Origin: Azolla caroliniana
Taxonomy: Eukaryota > Plantae > Polypodiophyta
Length of the DNA stretch: 64,000 nt
Direction: 5' to 3'
NCBI GenBank assembly: GCA_043228905.1
Contig: JBHGNT010000015.1
Span: 7,068,001-7,132,000 of the forward strand
The notes beneath the pieces are model-generated. The model had not been told where the DNA came from and made no database searches. It was given only the letters and a program-made list of their open reading frames with translations. Below, piece by piece: positions 13,366 to 26,389 of this stretch; positions within the stretch are counted from its first letter, which is position 1, and each line of letters begins with the position of its first letter. Position numbers and translations under genes: made by a program.

Positions 13366-16225
13366 CGGATCCGGATCGGAGAGACATATCAGATTGTAAC
13401 CGGTAGGCCTTTAGAGGCCTACAATCCTACCCTAGTACATAGGCATACTCCTTGGAGTTAGTGTTAGTCGCTCGTATGAGCATTGAAGTACTTGTCAGTA
13501 CTTCTGTCAGTCCTTTTAAGGACTTGTATAAAAAGTGGTCTATAGGACAACTGTGTATACAGAGAATTATTTTTGAATTCAGTTGATGTTATTCTGCTCT
13601 CTCTATCCCTCCCGTGTACTGTGTATTCTAAGCTTCCATTAAAACTTCATTTTTGTTTTATTGTTGTTATCCGGATGAGCAGGTTTATCTAAGCTTCCGC
13701 ATATTAACTTTTACATGGTATCAGAGCATGAGGGTTGAGAACCTCTACTGCTGAGAACTGTTCGAAACGAACAAATCCTATTCACCGGTAAAGAACAGAA
13801 GAGAGAAGAAAGATATGGATAGAAGTATGGCAAGCTCGCTTCCTACAGAAAAACTCGACTAGAGCGACTATGAGTCCTAGTCATGTAAAATGCACCAGTA
13901 CTTGCTGGGGCACGGATACTGGAGCTATGTAGAAGGAGCAGATGAAGCAGCACCGCATTTGACACACAAGGACTTCCTGGTATGGGAGCAAGGAGCAAGT
14001 AGAGTGTTGTACTGCCTCGCGTCCTATGTGCATGACCAGATGCTCGGCTACATCAGAGACACAAAGTCACCGAAGGAGGCCTGGGAAAATCTCCGGAAGA
14101 TTTTCGCCGTAAGTACCACGGCTCGGAATTTGCAGCTCTGGCAAGAGCTCAACAATATCCAGCAACGGGACACGTCGGTCACCGACTACACCACCAAGAT
14201 CAAGGAGATCTGCGACGCGCTCGGGTCCATCAACGTGACGATGGATGAAGAAGAGATAGTCCAGATCTGCCCCGGTGGTCTAGCACACCGGTACAGGCAA
14301 ATCCAGATGGCAATTTGCACCCGAGAGAAGCCATTGTCCTTCTTCGACCTATAATCGATGTTGATGGTCGAAGAAAACCACGCAAGTGGGTCAAGGACTG
14401 GACTCAATCGGACAGCCGGATGCTATGCATGGAGGCAGATCGGCATTGTGGGCGTGGAGGACGAGGTGGGTCAGCACGCAATAGCACACCGCCAAGAGTA
14501 GAACCGAAGGCACAAAGATAGTGCCGACAGTATTTCCTAACCCTCCACAAGCAGGGGGAGCCAAATCAACGCCCGAAACCGGCAAGGAAAGGCCGACACG
14601 GAATGCTGGTACTATGGCAAGAAAGGCCACCAAGAGAGCGAGTGCTGGAAGAAGTGTGCCAATTTGGATAAATCCGAATCCGATAAGGCCGAACAAGGGA
14701 GCCAACAAAGCTTGCACTACGTAGAAGGATCCGAAACCGGAAAGACCGAAAAAGGGCCAACCTTCGTGATGAAGCACAAGATGAACTCGATGAAGAAGAC
14801 CACTTCCAGATTGAAGGAGGTGTGGTACGTTGACTCTGGAGCGTCTAACCACATGACGAGCCACGAAGAGTGGTTCTCATTTTTGGAAAAACCATAGCAA
14901 CCAAGAGTTGCCCAAACCGGAGACTACACTCCGCACCTGATCGAGCATGTCGGAGAAGTCCCTTTGAGTCATGTCGGACAAAAGGGAAAGTTGATGAACG
15001 TTTTACATGTTCTGACAATTACGAAGAACCTGGCATTGGTCAAACAGATCATCAATTAGGGGATGCAAGAACGGTTCACACACCTCGGGTGCTTCATCGA
15101 GGAAGAAGGCTAGATCATTGCGCAAGGGCGTCGGGACGGGAGGATGTTCATCCTCGACACCAATGACGTAGGCACCACCTTGTTCGCAAAAGGATAGAAA
15201 ATCGAGTCGGATATCGACTTCTGGCACAAGCGGATTGGCCACGTCAACTATTGGAAGCTTTGAGACTTGCAATCGAAACATGTCGTATTCGAATTGCCGA
15301 AATTCAGTGGCTTGAAGGCCCAAATATGTGAAGCCTGCCAACTTGGGAAGCAACATCGGCTTCCATTCCCCACCAAAAGAAATCGGAGTCGTAACAAGCT
15401 CGACTTGATACATTCATATGTGTGGGGACTGACATAGAACGTTAGTCTTGGCAAGAGCCGATATTTCGTCTCCCTCATCGACGACTACAACCGGCACACA
15501 TGGTTCTATGTCATCGAGAAGAAAAGTGAAGTCTTCGACTGTTTCTGGAACCTACAAAGCCTTGTTGAACAGAAAACGGAGAGAAAGATCAAGTGCCTAC
15601 GATCAGATGGCGGAAAAGAATACTTTTCCAACTAATTTAACAATTACCGGATGTACCAGATGAGAAGCGGCGAAAGCTGAACCCAAAGTCGGAGAAGTGC
15701 ATACTAGTCAACTACTCTCATGAGCAGAAGGGGTACAAGTGCTACAACCCCCTGACAAAGACAATACGAGTAAGCTGAGATGTTGAGTTTGACGAATCGG
15801 CATCATGGTAATCTCTGCCGATTCCGACCTAATTCCGGAAGATGATGTAAGTGAGCTGGAAACAATCCGGGCAGAAGAAGAAGACTTCGGTTCTCTAGAT
15901 GAGAGTTCGATTTCATTTCGGCTGAGCGGGCCGAATGAACAACTGAGTCGGAACGACCTATCCGATGATGAGCCGACGAATAGCGGAGACTCAACAATGC
16001 TTTCCCCACGCAGGGAATCGAGGAGACGGTTCACGTGCAAACAAAAAGGGAAGAAGAAGATGTCGGAGTATGACATTGGCAGAGAAGAGCTGGATCGGAG
16101 CGAGGCTGACTCCAGAAGGAATGAAGATGGACCTTCGGGAATGAAGTCTGAGTCGGCCAAGAGGGCCTTGCAATCGGCAAACGAGAAGTTCCGGCCGAAC
16201 CAATAGACATGGAATCATGGAAGTC
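13357..16225 (+). mobile_element. Truncated B-family Copia element C (5' LTR, PBS, gag-PR-partial INT)
   Basis: LTR at about 13357-13715 is homologous to the reverse complement of the B LTRs. PBS TGGTATCAGAGC at 13716-13727. Gag MHQYLLGHGYWSYV and PR WYVDSGASNHM are present. There is an integrase deletion near 15655, many stops, and the element ends before RT. Confidence 0.9.
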
Positions 16226-16323
16226 TCAATTAGACACGACTGAGGAAGTTATTTAATGGTTGTGGCAAGGGTTAGGATCCTTCTCTGACAGGGTTGTGAT
16301 TGAGGATTTTCTGCACCAAATGG

Positions 16324-16446
16324 CAGAGGCAGAGACAGAGATAGAGGCAGAAGCAGAGACAGAGACAGAGAGACAGAGAGACAGAGACAGAGACAGAGAC
16401 AGAGACAGAGGCAGAAGCAGAGACAGAGAGAGAGAGAGAGAGAGAG
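16324..16446. repeat. Compound (AGAGAC/AGAGGC/AG)n microsatellite directly upstream of the gene at 16447
   Basis: Read directly from the sequence. Confidence 0.9.
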
Positions 16447-17636
16447 ATGTTGGGCACAGCGATACGCATGTTTGCGAAGCGTAACCATCCGCCTAACAGG
16501 AAGGCGCCGCCATTCCACAGCCCCACTCAGGCTTCCGAGGCGCTCCGCCTCTCCACCATTCTCCTCTCCCTGCTCCGAACTAAAGGTCCCCTCCCTCTCG
16601 CCTCCTGCTGGGCCCACGTTCAGGTCTCTCTCTCTCTCTCTGCCTCTACTGTGTCCCACATTCTTTGCATACATCAATTCATTATTCTCTGCACTGAGAA
16701 TTGGCAGCTATCACTTTCGGAAGTATGTTAGTTTTGCTCCCATGAAGAGCGATGAATGGAATGCTGTACATACGCACGCACCAAAACATGTGTGTTGATT
16801 ATAGCTCATAACTTAGGTACCGTGTTTTTTGAGCTGTAGCTTGCAAACTGAACCTTAACTCCGTCTTTTCTTCATCATCCTTTGCCGTCTGTATAAACAA
16901 ATCCTTTAGCAGCAAGCCTAGGGTTTCAGAACTTCATATTTTTGTAAGCAAAAGAGGGCTTATATGGCTGGGATTTCTAAGACAGATGCTGGTTTTTTAT
17001 GCCACCAGTCAATTTCTGCGTATGCTCTCACAGCATCGGTCGGGTTCATCTCGTATATAGAAGGAGAAGTTCCTCTCCTCCACAAATTAGAATTGAAACC
17101 AATAACTTGTATGTATGTGTCTTCGTCTATTCTTTTCATTGTATTGATGTGTTGATATGTCTATTTTGTTGTTTGGGTTCTTCTCGTTGTAATTTGTAAT
17201 CTGTCGTGGTTAAACGGTTTGGTTGTTATTCCTTCTGGCCCCTGACAATTATGTGTATTATTGATCCTACATCTCATTTGCATCACAGAGGCACAATTTG
17301 GGAAATTGCATTATTTGGCACAAGTAACATTTCTCTTGCACGTAATGTAGAACATGAACTGCTGTAAAAGCTTTGATGAACTCCCCTTGCCTTGCCTTCT
17401 GTGCTGCACATGGATAATTCAGGTATCTAAAGTGTAGTTGGCAATTGCAGGGTAGAGGTTTCAGGAGCAAGAGACACATGAAACTTGTTTTGAATTGGAT
17501 GAAAGAAAGGCAACGAGTAAGGGTTATCTGTGAACACTTACCAGAATTAGCTGGATTACACGGAGACAAGGAATTCTTTTATGCAGCTTGCTCTTCTAAA
17601 CAAGTTGATGCTGAAGGAAGACAAGACAATAAATGA
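16447..17636 (+). CDS. Small basic protein of about 120 aa, 2 exons (16447-16623, 17451-17636); probable plant mitochondrial ribosomal protein (mL80-like family)
   Basis: Donor CAG|GT at 16623 and acceptor TTGCAG| at 17450 join in phase 0. The product reads ...LLRTKGPLPLASCWAHVQ-GRGFRSKRHMKLVLNWMKERQRVRVIC...KEFFY, matching the recalled plant motif HGPL...W..VQ...SKRHMK..L.WM.ERQ...LIC. The N-terminus resembles a mitochondrial presequence. The family name is from memory. Confidence 0.72.
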
Positions 17637-19522
17637 GATTGCCAATAATATTTTGCTTGGTTGGTTGGATGTTCACCATTGACAAATTATGGGAAACATT
17701 GTAAACATCATAGATTTTGATACAACCTTTGAATATGTAAAAAGATCGATCCATTTCATTGGATGGAAAAGGTTCTAGGTCCCTTGTTGCTTGTAACTGT
17801 GCAATGTTATAATATCGTATGAATTGCTGAGATATGAGGATTGGAATTTCTGTCATTCACGAGTATCTTTAGTGTTGGGAGGCTTTGATTTGGAGACAAG
17901 TGACACATGGATATATGCAGCAAGAGGATACAATCTCCTCATAAGGAAAAGACGAAAAGGATGTGAACGTGATAAAGAATGAAGACAAATGGGAACTCGA
18001 TAAATAAAGAAGAATGAAGGGGCAACAGGAACTTGATAAAGACAGCAGGAACTCGAGCAAGACACGGGTTATCCGCCGGCAAACGTCCCAATCGATTTTG
18101 ATAACATATCGTTCAAATAGATCCTCTTCTTTCCTCAGTGAGATTAAAAGCAACATAAAATAAGTGATGACCCGAATTACCCGTTACCTAGAATTTCTAA
18201 AAGAATTTATGAGGGTGTATATAGAGCCAAAACTTACTCATCACAAAGCCTAAGATTGAGATTCAAGAATGATTCTACCAATAAAAGATTATCCAAAATA
18301 GATCTTATCCTTTTCAAGGAATTTCCTAATGAAATGAAGATGTCACATTCAAGGTTGTTAGTTTCTCAATTTTCCAATAAGCTTATCTTATCTTACTTTG
18401 TTCTTTCAGTATTATACGTTCTTGCATTATCCAAGTATCTTTTATCTGCCGTTTTGGGCTCTAACTCCCTTCATTCATGGAAACGATTCAATACTATTGG
18501 ATATTTAATAGACCCAATGCGTGGATCCTATTCGGAGAAGGGAAGTACTACATTAAGTTCTTAATAAGACCCAAGATGGGCATGGAAAGTACTGAGGGAC
18601 ATTTCTCTCCTCTGTCGAAATCTTGATATGTGGATAATTAAAGGCTGTGCGTTATTATATCATAGGCTTGATAATGCTTGAAAAACGTTTTGTTAAGTGT
18701 GTTACATCATATCAGAGTTGTATCATGATAATATGTTTTGACATCACTATGGACAAGTTAAATATTTGTTTGGTGTCAAATTTTGCATATGTTGGGTGCC
18801 TTTCGGTGTAAGCTAAATAGCTTTAGGTAGACTGACTGTATTTGCTTAATGCTATATGGCATATGTTTGTCCCTTGTCTGTGGATTGATTGGACTGTCAA
18901 AACAAGTACATATATATAACTTGAAAAGGAAGAAATAAGCTCAATTTCTGGGTAGTAATGTGGGGGGGTATCCACAATGTTGATTAAGATTGAAGTTGTT
19001 TCATATGAAAGGTAGAAGCCAAACATACATAATGGTGGAGGGGGAGACCAAAAAAACGCTCTCTATTTCTATCTCTATCTCTATCTCTATCTCTATCTCT
19101 ATCTCTATCTCTATCCCCCAACATTAAAAGCAAAATAACAGAAACAAAGAAAAGAAAAAGACGCAGAGATTGAGCGTTTGCTTCCATGAAAACGCAAACA
19201 AGTACTAAAATAAAGCAAAAACGCAGATCCCCGCTCCCAAACGAGAAGAAGAAGAAGAAATCAGTATAAATATGTATGTGGCAGCAATCCAAGCACCATA
19301 GCCACAAAAGTAGATCCTGTTCAGACCAACACTTACCTACATACATACATACATACATCATCAGTATCCGTATCTGTATAATTGTCATTATTATTATTAT
19401 TATTATTATTATTAACAGAGTACTCTTAAGTTTCAACGCATCCGATTCTATAATTTAGGTTCTGTTCTGATTCAATCTAAACTATAGATATATTCATATA
19501 TTCATATAGATAGATAAGAAGT

Positions 19523-19978
19523 ATGAAGAAACATCATCGAACAGCGGTGCATTATGTGGCCTCCCTGCTGCTCTTTGCTGCCTTCATTAACAGCATCATT
19601 GCAGCGGCGGCAGTGGAGGAGGCATCATCGGCAATGGGCAGTGGAGACCACCATCACCATTTCATGATGAAGAAGAAGAGTTATGATGATGGTCATGATC
19701 ACCATCGTCGTCTGTTGCAGCAGAAGCAGGAAGACAACAACAATAACAACGTAAACGATTACAATGGCATCTACCGGGACCCCCCCAAACCATTGACTTA
19801 TAACGTCTTCCTTGTACCCCCCCTGCCTCCTCCCACCGAATCTGACGACATTCATGAAGACTCTCATGAGGTTGTGGTCGTTCGTGATCCTAATACCAAT
19901 ACCCATTCTCACCAGACGCTTAATTTGCCCAATCCCCCTGATCCTGGCCATGGCCCCGCCATTGATAATCATAATTAA
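19523..19978 (+). CDS. Intronless small secreted peptide precursor (151 aa) with CEP-like C-terminal domain
   Basis: Hydrophobic signal peptide VASLLLFAAFINSIIAAAA, an RRLL processing motif, an internal NDY motif and a Pro-rich C-terminus PPDPGHGPAIDNHN. It is a clean, relatively GC-rich ORF in AT-rich flanks. Confidence 0.8.
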   Translation: MKKHHRTAVHYVASLLLFAAFINSIIAAAAVEEASSAMGSGDHHHHFMMKKKSYDDGHDHHRRLLQQKQEDNNNNNVNDYNGIYRDPPKPLTYNVFLVPPLPPPTESDDIHEDSHEVVVVRDPNTNTHSHQTLNLPNPPDPGHGPAIDNHN

Positions 19979-20025
19979 CAATGATACCATGTAACATTAT
20001 TAGCAATCGAACAGAGTAAGATCAA

Positions 20026-20064
20026 TTAGGGTTTAGAGTTTAGGGTTTAGAGTTTAGGGTTAGG
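20026..20064 (+). repeat. Short telomere-like array (TTTAGGG alternating with TTTAGAG)
   Basis: TTAGGG TTTAGAG TTTAGGG TTTAGAG TTTAGGG TTAGG, about 50 bp after the peptide stop codon. Confidence 0.85.
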
Positions 20065-21072
20065 AATTCTTTATCTTCAGCTTCTCCTTCTTGATGATGC
20101 TTGTGCCCAATATCATCCTGTACCATGCTTCTCTAGTATACAAGTAGTCATTATTGTGTATCAATCATAGATCGTGCTTTCTGCAGTACACAATTAGACC
20201 CATGTGTATGAATTCTTAATGTAAATATGTCATTCCTATACCATATTGCTTCTATATCAAACAATTATTCAAATGTGTATCCCGCAACAACATACATATT
20301 CAAATAAATATGCATACATATTTGCAGTAATCGTGTCGTGTGTGATTCACAATGCATCTTTTTTCTTCTGCACTAATTAATGGTGTCACCCACACAGTAG
20401 GTATATGTTTTACATATGTACATATATCATATACGTAAGAGAAAATCCACACATTTATTAGGATACATCAGAACTCTAGGGCTGAGTAGGACCACCAAGG
20501 GCCAAAGGCTGCCCAATAATTATGGTGTGTGTTAATATAATAATAATGTAATGAATAGATATGTCCATACCATTGGAGCCTTGCATATATAATGTCTATC
20601 ATATCAATATGGATGGCCATCTCCTTTGGTACTCTCACAAAATCATATGTCTCCGACATTCATCTCCTTTGCTCATGTCCGCGTGTCTATGACATTCTTC
20701 ATCATGACAACCGAGTTATTTCAGTGATTAAGAGGAGCTTTGTTCTCTCTATGCTATAGCAAGGTTATTTGGACGACGAGCATTCCATGCATGTATATGT
20801 GTGTGTGTGTGTGTGTGTGTGATATATATATATATGTATACATATAATGATATATGTATGCATGTGTCTAGATTGTGGTGTGGCTCTAGAACACATCCAA
20901 AAGTTATCCTCATTGACCCACATGACAAGTCCATGTTGGTCATACATACCCTTGATCTCAGCCCTCAAACTACATCCATAATCATTGTATCCCGAATAGC
21001 AATGTTGTCATCCAACATGCACAAATTCATTTGCCAAGTAGATGATGTGTTAAACCCATACGTGGAATACTA

Positions 21073-21351
21073 GTGCTAGTGCAATTTCGATCGCAACCTA
21101 CAAGTGGAGTTTATCAACTATGTAGTCGTACTAGAAGGTATCTCAATGAGCACAACGAAGGTTCAACCGTTGTGGATTGGCAAACACCATGTTCTATGCA
21201 TGATGTGCCAGTTTTCTTGCAAAATTCACAAATTTCTGTAAAAGTTCGTCAAGAATCATTTGAAGATTGTGTTACATTTGATACAACTTACGTGAAAGAG
21301 CCAAAACATTTATTTGGATTTCATATGCAATTGAGGAGTTTAAAAGCTTGA
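21073..21351 (+). pseudogene. Possible highly degraded PIF/Harbinger transposase remnant
   Basis: WQTPCSMHDVPVFLQNSQI resembles the DDE_Tnp_4 motif GWPGSxHDARVxxNS. No TIRs were identified. Confidence 0.3.
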
Positions 21352-23419
21352 AGTGAGCATTTATTTCTAGCCCCCCTTCTAGTCATTACTCCTGAGTCCT
21401 AACCATGCAAGAATTATTCATATGCACAATTGATGCTTTAGATTTTACACTTGGGAGTATCGCACACAATAAGTGGTGAGAAATTTCATCTAGTTTACTT
21501 TCATTTATCAAACATAGGAATTTCTCATATTTCTCAATTTTAAAATTAGGAATTTTGATTTTCCTTTGGGACAAAGTGGTGTTATTTCAAACATAGGAAT
21601 TGTTAGCTGTCTTTCTCGTTTTTTTTTACTATTGTTCTAAAGCTTCCGATGTATTTGTCAACCCATATGGGTTAATGATGGGGTGAAAAGAATGGCACAA
21701 CATTTTGATTTGACATGATGCCATGATCCATGTTCTCATTTATTTAAAGGTTTTGAATTTAAAAAAGAGAGAAACTCAAGAATACATATATTAGTTCTCC
21801 TTTATTTTCTCAATAGCCTTGAGTTTTAGTTATTTTTGCATTTTAGAATTGCATCAATAGCACACAATTGAGAAAAGGAGGGATTAATTGATCATATATT
21901 TGTTCTTATAGCAATTGACAATTGAGGAAAGGCTGTTTGTGGAAATAACAAAGCATAGGGCATTAGTTTAGAAAGTAACAAAGAACGCCACGGTTTTGAA
22001 GAGTTTTTCATATTAAATGCACTACCTATTTTACATTTGTAAGCCAATCTATTTCTATAGTTAGAATTGCTTTATCAAATAAGATTTCATTGGAGCAAGC
22101 TTTTAACCATCATAGCTCACACATGATCTCTATTGACTATATCCAATTAACACTTAATCTCAACTTGACTTGTAAATCAAAGAATTGTTAGTTTATTGCA
22201 ATTATTATTACACCAACCACCTTGGCATACAACAAATGCTTTTTTGCACCTTACTTATCATAATGTTTAATCAATAAACATGTCATAATCAATAACAATA
22301 CGTAGTTTCAATAGTTGACAATCATGAAAATAGGATATTGATATAACATCAAAGCTAGACTTGGTCTCTTTCATTGAAATATTTGACAAAACACAAGTAC
22401 ACTCAAAACATAATACTAGTAAACATGAAAGTGGTAACCCTCAATCCATTCCATTCATCCTAGTAGAAGTTTTGATTGGATAAGGACAACCCCCCATTTC
22501 TTGTTTGCCTTAAAATGGGACCTTAAAACAATCGATCGCTTCTAAGGTAGATCTACAATGGAAATCCAATTGAGAAATTGATGCACCAAACTCTTTTAAT
22601 TTTACGCAAACATGGCCATGTGCCTATCTACAATTTTCTTAGTAATCATCTAAAGTACTCATAAATAAAGTACATTATGGCATCTCAAGTTTTTGGGTGA
22701 CCCTACATATAAGCAACACTTAATTCTTAGCATGTGAGCAAATGCATCACTTTTTTTAGCATTGCCCAATAAAACACAAACTTTCAACGCCCTACATTTG
22801 GTGCACACTCATTTTAAACCAATACTTGATGTTAAATGTGGGAAACCTTAAATTCACAAAAGAAAGCCAACATGTCAAATCATAAAAAATTCAAAGACTA
22901 GGGCATAAAATTGTAAGTTGTAACACCATCAATGCCATGGAAGACATAACAAACAGAGATAGCTTGTCGAATCTCGATAACGAAACTTAAATTGCCCATT
23001 GGATTAGATGTAAATTGCGCAAATCTCCAAGTAGTCTATATTATCCATAGAGCCTATACTCTAGAACAATATCATGCACGTACACACTCTTTCGCATCAC
23101 CCCCTATGGGTCAGCAGCTCTACCACTAGGACTGTTATTTACGTGAGGTGGAATGTAAGACTTCTCATTGGGACAAGCACATTTACACAATGGCATCTTG
23201 TAAATTAGTGAGGTTAGAGGGACCTAAACACAAGATATATAGGTTAGCACAAATATGGCTTACCACTAGGATACAAACGGAAGGAATCTGCCGAGCATCC
23301 ATCAATGTCTCAAACCCTACAGCTCATTACTTCAAAAGGTCGTGGATAATATGATCACCACACACTCAAGTAGCTCACATAAATATGTAATGCTCCAAGT
23401 TTGGACCTTACAAACTCTC

Positions 23420-26076
23420 TCAAAAGCCCTTGATCTTTTGGCTTTGTGATTGCATCTCTGTAATTTGACCTAACCAATTCTCCTGCATCAAGATTTTATC
23501 ATACGAATAAGCTTGTTCCTTACAAATAAGGAATTTGCACATATATACATATATTAAAAGTTGTCTGAATGATAAGGAATTTGAATATATACATATAGAG
23601 AAAGAGACAGAAAGGGATTAAAAGGCAAAGTTTCTTACAAGTCCAACAGCCTCTGCAAATAATACACTATCCATGTGCAAGAAAAAAGCTCTCCATTTGT
23701 GCATCTCATTCCAATCTTTCCCAATACCATCCCAATTTATGGGCTTCTTGAGTTGTTCAGCACTATACCAATTTGATTTTTCATCCATGTTTCCCGACAA
23801 CAGAACACAACGAAGTCTTCTTCTACTTCGTTTTAATGCTACAAAATGTTATCCGAGTTAGCAATAAACAGTGCACATGAGCTAGGCATACTTAACATAG
23901 ATTTGATGAGTTTAACATTATATGCTACGCTATGCGAAACAAATTTTAGCACATAGTGTTAAACTTCAGGACATGTAAACAATAGAAGGTAAAGTGGTCC
24001 CTTTTCCGTCGTGGATAAATTGGAAAATGTCTAAATTTTATGATAAATTAAAAAATAGGATAATGATTCACCATGACATTGTGGCTATATGAAGTACAAC
24101 ATGCTAAATGTAACTAGACATGTATACACACACATACAAAGAAAACTTAAGACTTAGACATCATAGTTGATTTATGTTAATTACCAGATAGCCTCCCTTT
24201 GATATCAAGACGCAGCAATTCCAGCCAACATAAAGCAATATCAGCTGTAATTTAAAAAGTGAACATTAACTTTCTACCTGATGTTGATATATTAGATATA
24301 GGTAAAGATAGTTACATAAATATAGAGAGAGATAGAGATATAGAAACAGACAAAGAGAGAAATTTTACTGACCTTCACTACCATGAACCGAATTGTTGTT
24401 TCTTGCACCATTGGTAATGCCATAGTTTGTTTGACGATTCTCGCATAATTTCTCTAAGGGATTATTTTCTGTTCCACAATCCCTTTGACTTGTCACACCA
24501 GAGACTACACTAGAATGAAGTGTGATGTGACTACCATTCTCTTTAATTAACCTATTTCCATCGTCTTTCTTTGATCTTTTCGCTAACCTTAAGCCATAGG
24601 GCTCAGTATTTAAAAGCAAATTTCCATGTTGTGACTGAATTTGTTGGCTTTTTATGCCACTTGACATCATGTAAGAAGACCCAATAATAGCACATAGTGC
24701 AGCTCGAACTTGTTTTCTATCTCTCACTCTATTGATTATACCAGGATTGAGCTCTCCCAATAATATACTTGCCTTCATACTTAGCTCTCTAAAAGGGCGT
24801 TTCCGCATATCAATGGTTACATTATTAAGATCCTTTGCATGGTCTCTTATATCAATTCCATTTTCTGAATCATGACATGAGATCAAATTTTGTTCAATTA
24901 GAGAGTCAAATGAGTTATTGCAAGATTGAGTTTCAACTTTTGCACTTCTACCGTGATCATCATATATTGGAAGCAATTCCATTGATCCAACCGAATCATT
25001 TCGATGACAATTTATGTTGATACTTGATAGTTGGTCTCCAAAGAACTTTCCTTCTTTTGCTAAATTATCATATGGATGAATTTCTCTTACATTTTGTTCC
25101 AATTGAACGTGAGTACTGTCAACCTGGAAGCTCAGGTCTTCAGCATTCGGCAATATATCTATTTGATTTGGCAATGTTAAATGATGCGTTTCCTCAATGA
25201 AATCTTTCTGATGTGAATCAGCAATAAAGCACTGTTTCTTTTTCACATTCTTCTTCCGGGCATTAGTATGCGTTTTCATGCATTTCTTTGGTTTGAGGCA
25301 TACAGGTGGCTTGGTATCGGAATAACCATGAGAGAGTGTTCTCTTTTTGTCTTTTAGTGATAAAGTTCGAGGATTATTATGACGATGATTGTGGTTCATC
25401 CTCCCAATTATTAATTTGTTCATCTGACCTGTAATCATCTTATGTGTGTGAGAGAGAGCGTTAAGACCATCATTAAGATTAACGAATTGAAATAAAGAAG
25501 ATACGATTTAAGATTTACCTTCACATTCCTTACTCGTATTTTCCAATTGCTTCTGTATCTTTGATTTTGATCGTGATTCTTGCATGAAGCGACCTCCAGT
25601 ACGAGGATTGTTATTCTCTTTATTGATGCAGCTATGTTTGTCGCTCGGTCTTTGTCTCATAGAAGAAATTGCCTAATAAAAGACATGAAAAACAGAAGAA
25701 GATTCAACTTGATCTCGATACATGAGATCATGACTTAAGGCTTTTCAGCCCTTGGTCTTACGCTGTTGAAAAATATGTGAGATATTCATGACAATTACGG
25801 GTTAGCCGATATTTTGGGATTGCGTCTTTGACAAGATTCATGTTTAGGACATTTAACTTTGAGCAGTACCTGATGTGCAGATGCAGTAGAGCTAAGTACA
25901 TTCTTCTTCCTGTCAATCAAGTGATGGGCGGCATTTCTGGTTCGAATGAATGCTTCGATGGTGGAGAGAGGTTTCATGCGCTGTCCATGGACACCATCAT
26001 CATCGTCGTCACCAAAATCAGAAGAAGAAGTAACAGTAGTAGCAGTAGCAGTAGCAGTAGCAGTAGAAGAAGCCAT
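23420..26076 (-). CDS. Conserved plant protein of unknown function, 579 aa, 6 exons (26076-25870, 25672-25519, 25428-24373, 24244-24185, 23838-23639, 23482-23420)
   Basis: All introns are GT-AG with consistent phases, giving 1740 nt without an internal stop. Motifs LNPGIINRVRDRKQV, WLELLRLDIKGRLSALKRSRRRLR and W...F..MD..L..E...LENWL.QI.EMQ resemble, from memory, the Arabidopsis At1g64050/At5g41320 family. Confidence 0.85.
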
Positions 26077-26389
26077 GGATCGGAATGGATGAAGAGAAGG
26101 AAGGAAGGAATCGAGAGCGCGCGAGAGCAAATGAATAAAACGATTTAAATTTTGAAAATGGATTCCATAGAATATAACAGATTCGATGGAAATATATATC
26201 AATGGATGTATGTATGTATGTGTATGTATGTATGTATGTAGCTCGTCGCTAACTGCTAACAAAACATAAAAAGGCTTGGCGAGGGAATCGTGGCCTCAAA
26301 CGGTGTAGGGCGAGTAGCCGAGGGTGCTTCTGCTAGGCACCATCCGACCGGGATATTTTTTAAAAATACGCCACCCAAAAAGTTGACAG

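Noticed and set aside
17853-18564. Several short ORFs downstream of the 2-exon gene
   Set aside because: No recognisable motif or splice chain; probably decayed repeat sequence.
24365-25438. 357-aa ORF as a stand-alone gene
   Set aside because: It is exon 3 of the six-exon gene 26076-23420.
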